Source: a virus
Lineage: Duplodnaviria > Caudoviricetes
Virus record (IMG/VR): IMGVR_UViG_3300021442_000250
Location: 1-64,000 of that record
Direction: 5' to 3' (one strand)
DNA: 64,000 nt
Of the stretch, positions 31,401 to 40,040 are shown one piece after another. The first letter of the stretch is position 1. Every line of letters begins with the position of its first letter. Made by a program: the position numbers and the translations under genes. The notes under the pieces were generated by a model, which was not told where the DNA came from, made no database searches, and worked only from the letters and a program-made list of their open reading frames with translations.

Positions 31401-34400
31401 ATGACAGTTCAAGGTTTAATAGGAACATTAGGAACAGATCAATATAGCACATCAGCGGCAACATATACACCTGCAACAGGAGAAATGGTATTAACTATAG
31501 GAAGCCATAGTATTCCTGTAGGGGAATCTGTTATGATTGCATCAAATAGTTTAACATTTACTTGTGCTGAAGATAGTCATGCTACTCAACATAGCTATCC
31601 AAGATCATCTGATCCTTATTACAATAAAGCAATTTTAATTACGGCTGTAGCCGCAACAACAATTACAGTAAACGTTGGTATATCAAGTAATACAACAGCA
31701 CATACTTTTGTAAATGCTACTGAGGAAAATGTAACATTAGCTTCTGCAAATGAATTTGGTACAAAAAGACCAACAGGTGGTTCTTTTGTATCATTAGATC
31801 CAGGCTGGGGACCAACACACGAAGAAGTATGGATTACTTCTAAATCACCTTATATTCAAAACGTAACAACATTCGGAACAGGATGTACTGGATTAAAAGT
31901 AGACGGTGCATTACACGATGGTGGTTTTGATTCTGTTGTTGCAAATGACTTTACGCAATTATGCGATGATGGTATAGGTGCATGGATTACAAATTTAGGT
32001 AGAGTAGAACTTGTATCAGTATTTTCTTATTACGCACACATTGGTTATCTATCAGAAAATGGTGGAAAACTTCGTGCTACAAACGGTAACTCATCTTATG
32101 GAGATTTTGGTTGCGTGGCAGAAGGAGTTGATTCAGCAGAAACTCCTACAACAGCAACAATTGATAACCATAGTGAAGATGCAGATGTTGCCAATGTAAT
32201 GACAGACGGTCAAGGAATATTAGCATTTGAATATAAAAATGCTGGAAGACAATATTCTAGTGCTACACTTTCTATATCAGGAGATGGTTATGGAATTACA
32301 GGAGAAACTCCAACTTATAATACTGGTGGTGTTTATAAAATTAGATTATTAGAAACTAATACAGTAACAAGTAACCTTGGTGGTGCGACATATATGTCTG
32401 CTACTAACAATGGACAAACAGGTTCAGCTACACAAATTACAATAGCTAACGCAGATAGTAATGCCAGTGGTGCATACACAGGTATGGCAATTTGGATTAC
32501 AAAAGGTAAAGGAGTTGGTCAATACGCATATATTGATGCTTATGATTCTGCAAGTAAAGTCGCAACTGTTAAAAAATATTCAGATGGTTTAGCAGGTTGG
32601 GAAAGACTTGGCGGATTATCAGTTGAAACTCTTTTAGATGCTACAACAGAATATACTATAGAACCTAGAGTAGTTATTGGTGCTCCACAAAACGATGGAA
32701 GTACAACAGTTAGACAAGCAGTTGCAAGAGCAATTGTAACTTCTGAAAAGATTTCTTCAATAAGAATTATAGATTGTGGTGCAAGTTATACTTCAGCACC
32801 AACAGTAACATTTACTGATCCTAATAATACTATAGATGCTCCAGTACAATCATTCATAGATGATGGTGTATTAGGTCAACCTACTTTCTCTGCATATGGA
32901 ACAGCTTATGATACTGCAAGTGTAACAATTACAGAATCACCTACAGGTAAAAACATAACAGGTATTACACAAGGAACTGTTGCTGTTGTTACATCAGCAG
33001 GACACAATTTAGTTTCAGGAACTAAAGTAACGTTTACAGGTGTTGTTGGAATGACAGAATTAAACACTGGTGTATGGTATTACATTAAAACATTAACAGT
33101 AGACACATTTGGAGTTTACACTAATGATGATTTAACTGCTGGATTAAACACTACAAACTTTACAGCATATAGTTCAGGTGGAGTTGCAACACCACAAGGT
33201 GGATTTAGAGATGAATTCCAAACAGGAAGATATATTCAAGTAGAAGGTATGTCAGATGTTCCACAAACAGGATCAAATGTAGAATTTGATGGAATTTCAA
33301 CTACAACATATCCTTATGCATATACACTTTTAACTGCAAACAAAGAATACATGAAAGATGAAGTAATAGCATGGTTTAATACAACTTATCCAGGAATACA
33401 CAACGCCGCTCAAAATACTAAATGCGAAAGAGATGTTGGATATGAAATTGATGCAATGGCATTCGATATAAAATATGGTGGTAATACAGAAACTATAAGA
33501 ATTGCTAAAGCATACTGGCAAGGTGTTACTTCTCAATTAGCGGCAGGCGAACAAGTATACGCAGTTGCAGTTAATAATAAATTAAAAGAAATGATTAATG
33601 ATTACATTATGGATAATGTAGCCTGGTCAACAACACAAAGTCCAGTCGTTACATCACAAACAACTAATTCTAATAATGGTGAGTTAGGTGTAAAAGACAA
33701 ATTTACAAATTTAACTAAAACTTTAAATGATGTAATTGAAAATGGTTTAACTTCTGTACCAACTACACAAGGATTAAACAATCCTTACTTTAAATTAGTA
33801 AGTGTACAAAAATTACGAGGTACTCAAGCACCATATTCAGCATTATTACAAATTAGTCCACAGATGTCAACAGCTCAAGCTCTAGCACATGGTACTGGGA
33901 TAACAGTTAAACTTAGATATTCTCAAGTTAGATTAACAGGACATGACTTCTTAGATGTAGGAACTGGTAATCAAGCATTGACAAATTATCCTGGAACGCC
34001 AAACAGAACTAACGATCAAGAAAGAGAAAGTGTTGAAAGAGGTGGTGGTAGAGTATTCTTTACTGCAACTGATCAAGACGGTAACTTTAGAGTTGGTGAC
34101 TTGTTCTCAGTACAACAGGCGACTGGTATTGCATCATTAAATGCAGATGCATTTAACATTTCAGGATTACAAGAACTTCAGTTAGGAGATTTAACATTAG
34201 GTGGAACTTCTGCCTCTGTTAACGAATTCTCTACTGACGGTACATTTGCGGCAAATAGTGACAAAATTGTACCAACACAAAGAGCGATAAGAACATATGT
34301 TTCTTCACAAATTGGTGGCGGAGCAAGTGCAATTAACGTAAATACTATTACTGCTGGTCAAATTGTGATCACAGCTAATACTATAAATACAACAACAGGT

Positions 34401-34487
34401 GCAAGTATTCAAATAAATAGTGGTGTGCAATTCAAGAAAGGTGTTGCAGGAGCACCACTGGCAATGAATTACTTGATACATAGTTAA
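28407..34487 (+). CDS. Giant tail fibre/adhesin (2026 aa), paralog of 23205..28358
   Basis: Same N-terminal Trp/Tyr repeats, beta-helix and C-terminus, plus KCxRD helical domains and one His/Cys module. Confidence 0.8.
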   Translation: MAEFKLGRIKFVWKGSWATTTTYYVDDVIRYGGRTYNCVTNHTSGTFQTDLGAVKWQLMSDGIEWKSEWVANTTYKPNDVVKYGGYIYLANTGHTSAATEALGLEADQSKWDLFIEGFDWKSDWTISTRYKKNDLVKYGGSVYLCITEHTSDNTTAVGLEGQQAKWEIFGKGFVWSGDWAINSRYKVNDTVRYGGQIYVAITGHTSAATEADGLEANQGQWQALHKGIEFKGDHATATRYKVNDVVKYGANIWICITQHTSSGILSADEAKWNVLIPGIEFEDTWSNSTNYQPGDFVTYGGYSYVADRNNINKLPPDESDDWTLFVTGFNLRGDYNGATAYKQGDVVRVGGFTYLAIADTTGNRPPNVTKWDKLNEGLYWKGAWTNATDYDKGDIVRGTTNTTTSYLCITENTSNNVGPSTINQPDYPPGAGVDTSAWQLLSGGAETTVLSTKGDILIYGQSGPARLPIGKAGQTLVVNSAGDLPEWGYFGSIDQVYYVGPAGQDKPSPDAGTTLDKPWKSLRYALHGIEQGPRNPQGTYLLERNKAFIQEETLAWINAQISGNTSPFTNAYTYDAVKCRRDAGFMLDALLYDLRHGGNEKSRYATIKISTQTEFANHKDELTAYLNRLVYISQQVVANNAGYSALQATVPHYINNDYVSEAAVSGEIASYVKIATDCLAAGNIAGVPAEEVPQTTLFAKSGTYEEVLPLSVKKGLAIVGDELRSTIVKPAGQVTGSSDTVFTLAGIGRMQAIISDIVTNASVTPTPVGGVISFTTPAPDLGFVNGTYTNVALTGGSGSGCTMDVTVLSYTITSLTINNPGQNYAINDNLTIPAATIGADGITVVGSITTGNNLTQNTSNPAGSGAAGTAAAAIAQNIYDHIDFKVNANGADPTLTGTNTAQADAGYSDARLRLLANMDFVALEVAEFVQRANPSHSNFKTKCLADVKIYLQAIMDDLQYTGNYKSLKASDAYINSRLSTGSSASDMFYCRNATGIRNMTVQGLIGTLGTDQYSTSAATYTPATGEMVLTIGSHSIPVGESVMIASNSLTFTCAEDSHATQHSYPRSSDPYYNKAILITAVAATTITVNVGISSNTTAHTFVNATEENVTLASANEFGTKRPTGGSFVSLDPGWGPTHEEVWITSKSPYIQNVTTFGTGCTGLKVDGALHDGGFDSVVANDFTQLCDDGIGAWITNLGRVELVSVFSYYAHIGYLSENGGKLRATNGNSSYGDFGCVAEGVDSAETPTTATIDNHSEDADVANVMTDGQGILAFEYKNAGRQYSSATLSISGDGYGITGETPTYNTGGVYKIRLLETNTVTSNLGGATYMSATNNGQTGSATQITIANADSNASGAYTGMAIWITKGKGVGQYAYIDAYDSASKVATVKKYSDGLAGWERLGGLSVETLLDATTEYTIEPRVVIGAPQNDGSTTVRQAVARAIVTSEKISSIRIIDCGASYTSAPTVTFTDPNNTIDAPVQSFIDDGVLGQPTFSAYGTAYDTASVTITESPTGKNITGITQGTVAVVTSAGHNLVSGTKVTFTGVVGMTELNTGVWYYIKTLTVDTFGVYTNDDLTAGLNTTNFTAYSSGGVATPQGGFRDEFQTGRYIQVEGMSDVPQTGSNVEFDGISTTTYPYAYTLLTANKEYMKDEVIAWFNTTYPGIHNAAQNTKCERDVGYEIDAMAFDIKYGGNTETIRIAKAYWQGVTSQLAAGEQVYAVAVNNKLKEMINDYIMDNVAWSTTQSPVVTSQTTNSNNGELGVKDKFTNLTKTLNDVIENGLTSVPTTQGLNNPYFKLVSVQKLRGTQAPYSALLQISPQMSTAQALAHGTGITVKLRYSQVRLTGHDFLDVGTGNQALTNYPGTPNRTNDQERESVERGGGRVFFTATDQDGNFRVGDLFSVQQATGIASLNADAFNISGLQELQLGDLTLGGTSASVNEFSTDGTFAANSDKIVPTQRAIRTYVSSQIGGGASAINVNTITAGQIVITANTINTTTGASIQINSGVQFKKGVAGAPLAMNYLIHS

Positions 34488-34523
34488 TAATATAAAAAAG
34501 TAAAAAAAAAGGAGATAAAACAC

Positions 34524-34841
34524 ATGGCTTCAGGAAGATTAGGTAAAGCAGACTTGGTAGCCAGTACCGATACCGTAGTTTACACGGTCCCTGCGGCGAC
34601 TTTTACCGTAGCTACTGTGTCTATCTGCAACAGAGGTAACCAAGTAGTCACTATCAAAATGGCAGTGGCAGATGCGGCAACTCCAGACGCTTCAGAATAC
34701 GTTGAACATAACGTTGAAATTCTGTCAGCAGGAGTTTTAGAACGTTCAGGTTTAGTGATGTCAGCTGGTCAAAAACTAGTTGTATGGTCATCAGGGGCTA
34801 ACGTAGCCGCGGTTGCAATGGGTATTGAAACTGGAATATAG
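34524..34841 (+). CDS. Small beta-rich virion protein (paralog of 11623 and 19420)
   Basis: VYTVPA...VSICNR...GVLERSGLV..AGQK; SD AAGGAG. Confidence 0.7.
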   Translation: MASGRLGKADLVASTDTVVYTVPAATFTVATVSICNRGNQVVTIKMAVADAATPDASEYVEHNVEILSAGVLERSGLVMSAGQKLVVWSSGANVAAVAMGIETGI

Positions 34842-34903
34842 ACTAAAACGAAAAACAGTCTAAAATGCATAAATAATTAAAATAAGGAAAAAAGGACAAA
34901 AAA

Positions 34904-35236
34904 ATGGGAAGATATATTTCAACAACTGGAACTGCTGGAGTAGTAACAAAAGAAGTTTCTACTACTTACAGTGCCGCTGTTAATGATAGAATTCTTGCTG
35001 ATTCTACTGGTGGAGCATTTACAATTACTCTACCATTAAGTACAGGTTTGTTAGTCAATGATACAATACAACTTATTGACGCAACATCTCAAGCAGGAAC
35101 TAATAACATAACAGTTGGAAGAAATGGTGCTCTTATCCAAGGTTCAGCAGAAGATTTAACTGTCGATTTAGCAGGTGCTATCATGACATTAATCTATACT
35201 GGTGCGACTTATGGATGGATAGTAGGTGCTGTATAA
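34904..35236 (+). CDS. Small fibre-repeat protein (T4 gp34 N-terminal-repeat-like, 110 aa)
   Basis: ADSTGGAFTITLP...D.IQLID...NNITVGRNG..IQG..EDL...LIY...GW pattern. Confidence 0.6.
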   Translation: MGRYISTTGTAGVVTKEVSTTYSAAVNDRILADSTGGAFTITLPLSTGLLVNDTIQLIDATSQAGTNNITVGRNGALIQGSAEDLTVDLAGAIMTLIYTGATYGWIVGAV

Positions 35237-35299
35237 TATTTTTATTATATAACACTTAACCATTAAAATTTTGTAAGGAGTTTTTAAAAAGGTAAAGGT

Positions 35300-36280
35300 A
35301 TGCCAGCAACAAGTCTAAGAGGATTATTGGGAACTAAACAAGACACGTTTGTCGCGTTCGGTGAAGAAAATCTTGAGAAAGGCAGAATATATGTTTACAC
35401 TCAAGGAGCAAACTATTCGAGATTATGGTGCGGATTTTGTTTTCACCCAGGAGTGGCAGGAACGGCTACGATAGAAGTTTGGGGAGCTGGCGGTAGTGGC
35501 GCAAAAATGTGCTGTTGCGGTTTTGGCTTACCAGGTAATTCTGCGGCATACGCCAAAAGAACTATATCATTAGCGGCTAATGGTTATGTTTGCGGATGTA
35601 CTGGTCAATCATGTGGTAATGGAGATACATTATGTCACAGAGGTTGCTCTGAACCAACTTTCATGAATATTTCCAAAGATGGCACAGCAGGTGGATGTAC
35701 TTGTATTTGTGCTCAAGGTGGAGCAGGTGGAGTTTCTTATTGTTCTACAAACGAATCATTTTATTGTTGTTATAAAGCAAACGGTTTTTGTATTACAAAA
35801 ACTGAAAACGATCACTGCGGTATTGTATGTAATATGTGTGATGGAAAACATATAGCTTCGGCATATTGCGGAAATGTAATGTGTCCAGGAAGAACTTCTT
35901 GTGTATCAGCATTTGGCTGTCACCCAAGTTGTCCTTGTCAATTTACTTGGCACAATCCAACTCCAGCAGGAATGTTTAGTGAAGACGGAGCATATATTAC
36001 TTACAATACAGAAAATGGTAATGGATTTTCAGAATGGTCAGGCAACGGAGGTCACCAATTAGAAGCGGCACTAGGTGCTGGAAGATTTCCAACTGGTGGA
36101 ATACCTTGGTCAACTTGCTGGGGAGCAAGTAAGGCTTGTAACTGTTATGAAGCAGATCCATGTATACCACACGTTCCAGTAGGAATGGGAGGTCACGGAC
36201 CAATGCCTTGTGATGGAGTAAGAGATCACGGTAACAGAGGTGGCCATGGTGGAGTTAGAATTAAATGGATAACAGCATAG
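35300..36280 (+). CDS. Cys-rich, glycine-rich-domain protein, paralog 1 (31 Cys in 326 aa by hand count)
   Basis: IEVWGAGGSG..MCCCG.GLPGN...Y and GGHGGVRI framework of phage glycine-rich fibre domains. Confidence 0.8.
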   Translation: MPATSLRGLLGTKQDTFVAFGEENLEKGRIYVYTQGANYSRLWCGFCFHPGVAGTATIEVWGAGGSGAKMCCCGFGLPGNSAAYAKRTISLAANGYVCGCTGQSCGNGDTLCHRGCSEPTFMNISKDGTAGGCTCICAQGGAGGVSYCSTNESFYCCYKANGFCITKTENDHCGIVCNMCDGKHIASAYCGNVMCPGRTSCVSAFGCHPSCPCQFTWHNPTPAGMFSEDGAYITYNTENGNGFSEWSGNGGHQLEAALGAGRFPTGGIPWSTCWGASKACNCYEADPCIPHVPVGMGGHGPMPCDGVRDHGNRGGHGGVRIKWITA

Positions 36281-36288
36281 GATAAATT

Positions 36289-37293
36289 ATGGCATCATTA
36301 ACAACATTATTGCAAACAAAATATGATGGGATAGCGGCTGGAGAAACTAACCTGGAAAAAGGTACAATTTATACTTTTTATCCTGCCAACGATTATACAA
36401 ACTTCCAATGTCACATATGTTGGAAACCACCTGCCAACGGTACAGCACAATTAGAAGTGTGGGGAGCGGCTGGATCAGGTGCAGAAATGTGTTGTTGCGG
36501 TGGAGGATTACCAGGTAACCCAGGCGGTTATGCTAAAAAACAACTAGCGGCTTTTGGTGCAAGTTGGACAGATTGTTTTGTTTGTTCAGTTATTGGTTTA
36601 TCATGCGGTAACTCAGATACTTTAAGTCACAGAGGACGTTCAGAACCAACTCAAGTTTGTTGGTTTGCCAACGACGCAGATGGATGTATTTGTTCTGAAG
36701 GTGGACAAGGAGGATGTTCTATTTGTTCTACTGGTAATGCATTGTATTGTTGTTTTGTAGCACAAAATTATTGTCATACACAAGGTGGAAGCACTTATTG
36801 TGGAATAATTTGTAATTATAGAGATGATGGTGGAAACAGTTATGACGGTGCAGATTATTGTGCATTTGCTTATGGCGGAGATGTAAACTGTTATGGTGGA
36901 TTTAGTTGTCATTACTTTAGAGGATGTCAACCAAACTGTAACTGTAGATATATTACAGTAATTAAAGTTCCACCTGGAATGGTTTCAGAGTGCGGTGGAG
37001 AAGTTCAGTACGCACAAGATGAAGATAGTGAAAAAGTTTATCACTCAGGTTCAGGCGGAATTATGGGAGTTATGGAACCACTTAATTTAATGACAAGACA
37101 ACCAACTCAAGGTTCACCTTATAATGCTTGTTGGACAGGTAATGACTCTTGTGGTTGTTATGATTTCCAAGGATGTACTCACTTCTTTCCAGGAGGAATA
37201 CCAGGACAAGGACCAACACCGTGCGATGGATATAGAGATCACGCATGGAGAGGTGGAAACGGAATATTAAGGATTAAATTTATAGCTTCATAA
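36289..37293 (+). CDS. Cys-rich, glycine-rich-domain protein, paralog 2 (30 Cys in 334 aa)
   Basis: Same framework, with NLEKG.IY, MCCCG, YCC, CGII.C, C.CY...C and RDH..RGG.G..RIKF. Confidence 0.8.
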   Translation: MASLTTLLQTKYDGIAAGETNLEKGTIYTFYPANDYTNFQCHICWKPPANGTAQLEVWGAAGSGAEMCCCGGGLPGNPGGYAKKQLAAFGASWTDCFVCSVIGLSCGNSDTLSHRGRSEPTQVCWFANDADGCICSEGGQGGCSICSTGNALYCCFVAQNYCHTQGGSTYCGIICNYRDDGGNSYDGADYCAFAYGGDVNCYGGFSCHYFRGCQPNCNCRYITVIKVPPGMVSECGGEVQYAQDEDSEKVYHSGSGGIMGVMEPLNLMTRQPTQGSPYNACWTGNDSCGCYDFQGCTHFFPGGIPGQGPTPCDGYRDHAWRGGNGILRIKFIAS

Positions 37294-37308
37294 GGAGTAA
37301 ATAGTATT

Positions 37309-38280
37309 ATGGCATCATTAAAATCAATATTGACAACAAGACAACCGGCAAGTATGTCAGAAGATAACCTAGAAAAAGGTTACATTTATGCATATTCTCC
37401 GGGTACTCAGTTTGCCAATTTTTGTAATGGTGTTTGTTGGACAGCCCTTGCAGATGGAAAAGCTATTATAGAAATTTGGGGAGCTGGTGGATCTGGTTCT
37501 CGTATGTGTTGTTGCGGAGATGGATTACCAGGTAATGCAGGAGCATATTCTAAAAAAACAATTCAAGTTAATCAAGGTGATACGTTGACAGGTACTTTAG
37601 GAATGGCTTGTAATGCTCACCCACTATGTCACGTAGGATGTAGTGATCCAACTCAAATATGTTATATAACAACTACTGCAAGTACGCATGGTTGTATGTG
37701 TGCAAGAGGTGGATATGGTGGAAAATCTATGTGTACAACTGGTACATCTTTCTACTGTTGTTACAATGCAGAAGGTTTTTGTACTGTAAGATGTAACAAT
37801 GATAATTGTGGAATGACTTGTAACTGGTGTAATGGTGCATGGGAAGCCTTAGCATATGGTGGAGATATAAATTGTTGTGGAGAAATTGGCTGTACTAGTT
37901 GGTTCGGCTGTTGCCCTCACTGTAAATGTTTCTTCCAAAGACACGCTCCTGTACCTTCAGGACTTTTTGCAGAAAATGGAGCATTAATTACGTTCCAAAC
38001 AGAATCAGATGGAACACCTATGTCGCAATGGTCAGGTAACCAATTATTCCAATATTATGCGGCTCTTAATTTGGCTACTAAATCACCAAGACAAGGTAAC
38101 CCAAGATCTTATTGTTGGAGATCAGACAGATCTTGCGGTTGTTATGAATCACAAGGATGTGCTAATTTCTTACCAACAGGATCAGGTGGACTACCACCAA
38201 ATGCTTGTCCAGAAGTTAGAGACCATGGAATCCGTGGAGGACACGGAGGAGTTAGAATTAAGTTTATAGCTTCGGCATAA
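37309..38280 (+). CDS. Cys-rich, glycine-rich-domain protein, paralog 3 (31 Cys in 323 aa)
   Basis: Same framework as paralogs 1 and 2. Confidence 0.8.
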   Translation: MASLKSILTTRQPASMSEDNLEKGYIYAYSPGTQFANFCNGVCWTALADGKAIIEIWGAGGSGSRMCCCGDGLPGNAGAYSKKTIQVNQGDTLTGTLGMACNAHPLCHVGCSDPTQICYITTTASTHGCMCARGGYGGKSMCTTGTSFYCCYNAEGFCTVRCNNDNCGMTCNWCNGAWEALAYGGDINCCGEIGCTSWFGCCPHCKCFFQRHAPVPSGLFAENGALITFQTESDGTPMSQWSGNQLFQYYAALNLATKSPRQGNPRSYCWRSDRSCGCYESQGCANFLPTGSGGLPPNACPEVRDHGIRGGHGGVRIKFIASA

Positions 38281-38326
38281 TAATTGCAGGAGTAGGATAA
38301 ATAGTTAAAACAAAGGAACAAAGATT

Positions 38327-38980
38327 ATGATAACAACAGCGTTTAACATAGCATTACCAAATAAACCATACGTGGACAACTTTTCAGATAATACTGTTCA
38401 TGGTTCAAATTATGTTGGTTTTAAATTTATTAAAGTAATAGTAGATGCTAATGGCTGGGTAGTAAATGCAGTTTCAGAAGCTGATACTATGGATGAAATA
38501 AACGCTCAAGCTAGTCCAGTTCCAGCAGGTTGCAGTGCAGTTGTAGTAGACGGTTCAGCAAATCCTTTTGAAGCGGCTTTTATTACAGGAAGATATACAA
38601 CTGGTGCAGTTGCGGCTTATGAAGAATCATTAGGAACAAATGATGCTAACGGTGACCCAGAAGTTTGGACATATACTTGGGGAGAAGATGGCGTTTTAAA
38701 CCAAATTTATTTACATGGTACATTGAAATACGTAGACGGGGCTTTCGTTGCGCCACAAATGAGAACACACGCACTAACTAGACAAATGTTCTTAGATTCA
38801 TTAGCACCTATGTCACAAGGTTTAACAGACGCTCTTACGGCAGATGATGCAAATACTGTTTATACAGCGGCTGAAAGACAAGCAATTGTTGATCATAAAA
38901 CATACGTAGACAATATTTCTACAAAATATGCGGCAGTTGACCATTGGAAGATTCCATTCTTACCAATGCCTAAAATATAA
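38327..38980 (+). CDS. Hypothetical protein, possibly a tail-fibre assembly chaperone
   Basis: Follows the fibre-tip paralogs; helical C-terminus ending WKIPFLPMP resembles Tfa-type ends; own GATAAATA at 38296. Confidence 0.45.
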   Translation: MITTAFNIALPNKPYVDNFSDNTVHGSNYVGFKFIKVIVDANGWVVNAVSEADTMDEINAQASPVPAGCSAVVVDGSANPFEAAFITGRYTTGAVAAYEESLGTNDANGDPEVWTYTWGEDGVLNQIYLHGTLKYVDGAFVAPQMRTHALTRQMFLDSLAPMSQGLTDALTADDANTVYTAAERQAIVDHKTYVDNISTKYAAVDHWKIPFLPMPKI

Positions 38981-39062
38981 TAAACTAATACTTTTCAAAT
39001 TATAACTCAAGAATTTTAGGTTACACTATTGGTACCTAATAAGTAATAGTGTTAATCTAACT

Positions 39063-40040
39063 ATGACTGAAAATAATCCTATAACAAGACCAAAAGCATT
39101 TTTTTTAAATGGGGGAATGGGTAGAATTATCTGTGCTATTCCGGCCCTTGAAAAATACTATGAAGAATCTATCGACAAAGATTTTATAATAGTAGTAGAA
39201 GGTATTCAAAATATTTTAGATGGTCATCCTACATTAGATTCTAAAACATTTGACTATGGTCATAAAAATTTATTCCACACTAAACTTGTAAAAATGGATG
39301 TGGTAAGTTTAGAACCATATAGAATATGGGAATATTATAATCAAAAATGTAATATAACTCAAGCGTTTGATATTTTAATTAATAATAAAGGTGTTAGAGA
39401 ATTACCTAAACCTACAATTAATTTAAGTCAAGAAGAATTACTTGCAGGAAAAAAAGCAGTTAAAGATATTAAAGATAAACTTAAAAAAGAAAAAGTAATT
39501 GTTTTACAACCTTTTGGACGAGGGATTCAACAAATAGACAATAGTTTTGTAGATAAAACTTGTCGAAGTATGGAATTTAAAAATATAAAAAACTTAATAA
39601 GAAAATTACAAGCAGAAGATTATGCAATTATATTAATGGCAGAATTTGGAATTGATTTAAAAGGTGAAAAATATCCAGATGAAATAGCAATGCCTGAAGG
39701 AATTGACTTAAGAAAATGGTTAGCAATTATAAAAAATAGTGATCATTTTTTAGGTTGTGATAGTGTAGGTCAACATTTAGCCTATATAGGTGAAACAGAT
39801 GCAACAGTAGTAACTGGTGCAACGTTCCCAGTTAATACATCATATCCTAAAACAAAAGGAATTAATATTATAGATATGGGACAAATAGATAGAGAATATG
39901 ATCCAATAAGAATAACAAACGATGAACAAGTTAGTAGACATAATGAAAAATTAATGTGGATGACAGATGAAGTAGAAAATTATATTATAAATGTTGTATT
40001 AGGAAAACAAAAAATTGACGAGGAAGATAAAGATGAGTAA
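39063..40040 (+). CDS. GT-B glycosyltransferase, GT9/heptosyltransferase-like, paralog 1
   Basis: GGMGRIICAIPAL (cf. WaaC SMGDVLHTLPAL), VIVLQPFG, LRKWLAIIK.SD.FLGCDSVGQHLA (cf. GT9 DSG..H.A). Confidence 0.65.
   Translation: MTENNPITRPKAFFLNGGMGRIICAIPALEKYYEESIDKDFIIVVEGIQNILDGHPTLDSKTFDYGHKNLFHTKLVKMDVVSLEPYRIWEYYNQKCNITQAFDILINNKGVRELPKPTINLSQEELLAGKKAVKDIKDKLKKEKVIVLQPFGRGIQQIDNSFVDKTCRSMEFKNIKNLIRKLQAEDYAIILMAEFGIDLKGEKYPDEIAMPEGIDLRKWLAIIKNSDHFLGCDSVGQHLAYIGETDATVVTGATFPVNTSYPKTKGINIIDMGQIDREYDPIRITNDEQVSRHNEKLMWMTDEVENYIINVVLGKQKIDEEDKDE

Noticed and set aside
35300-38280. Cys-rich paralogs as multiheme c-type cytochromes
   Set aside because: No canonical CxxCH motif (only CxxxxxCH or CxxCxH) and no signal peptide.
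39016-39052. H-type pseudoknot (TTAGGT/ACCTAA and ACACTATT/AATAGTGT) before the first GT gene
   Set aside because: Pairings are very AT-rich and overlap a likely late-promoter variant (AATAAGTA), so it may not be fully transcribed.
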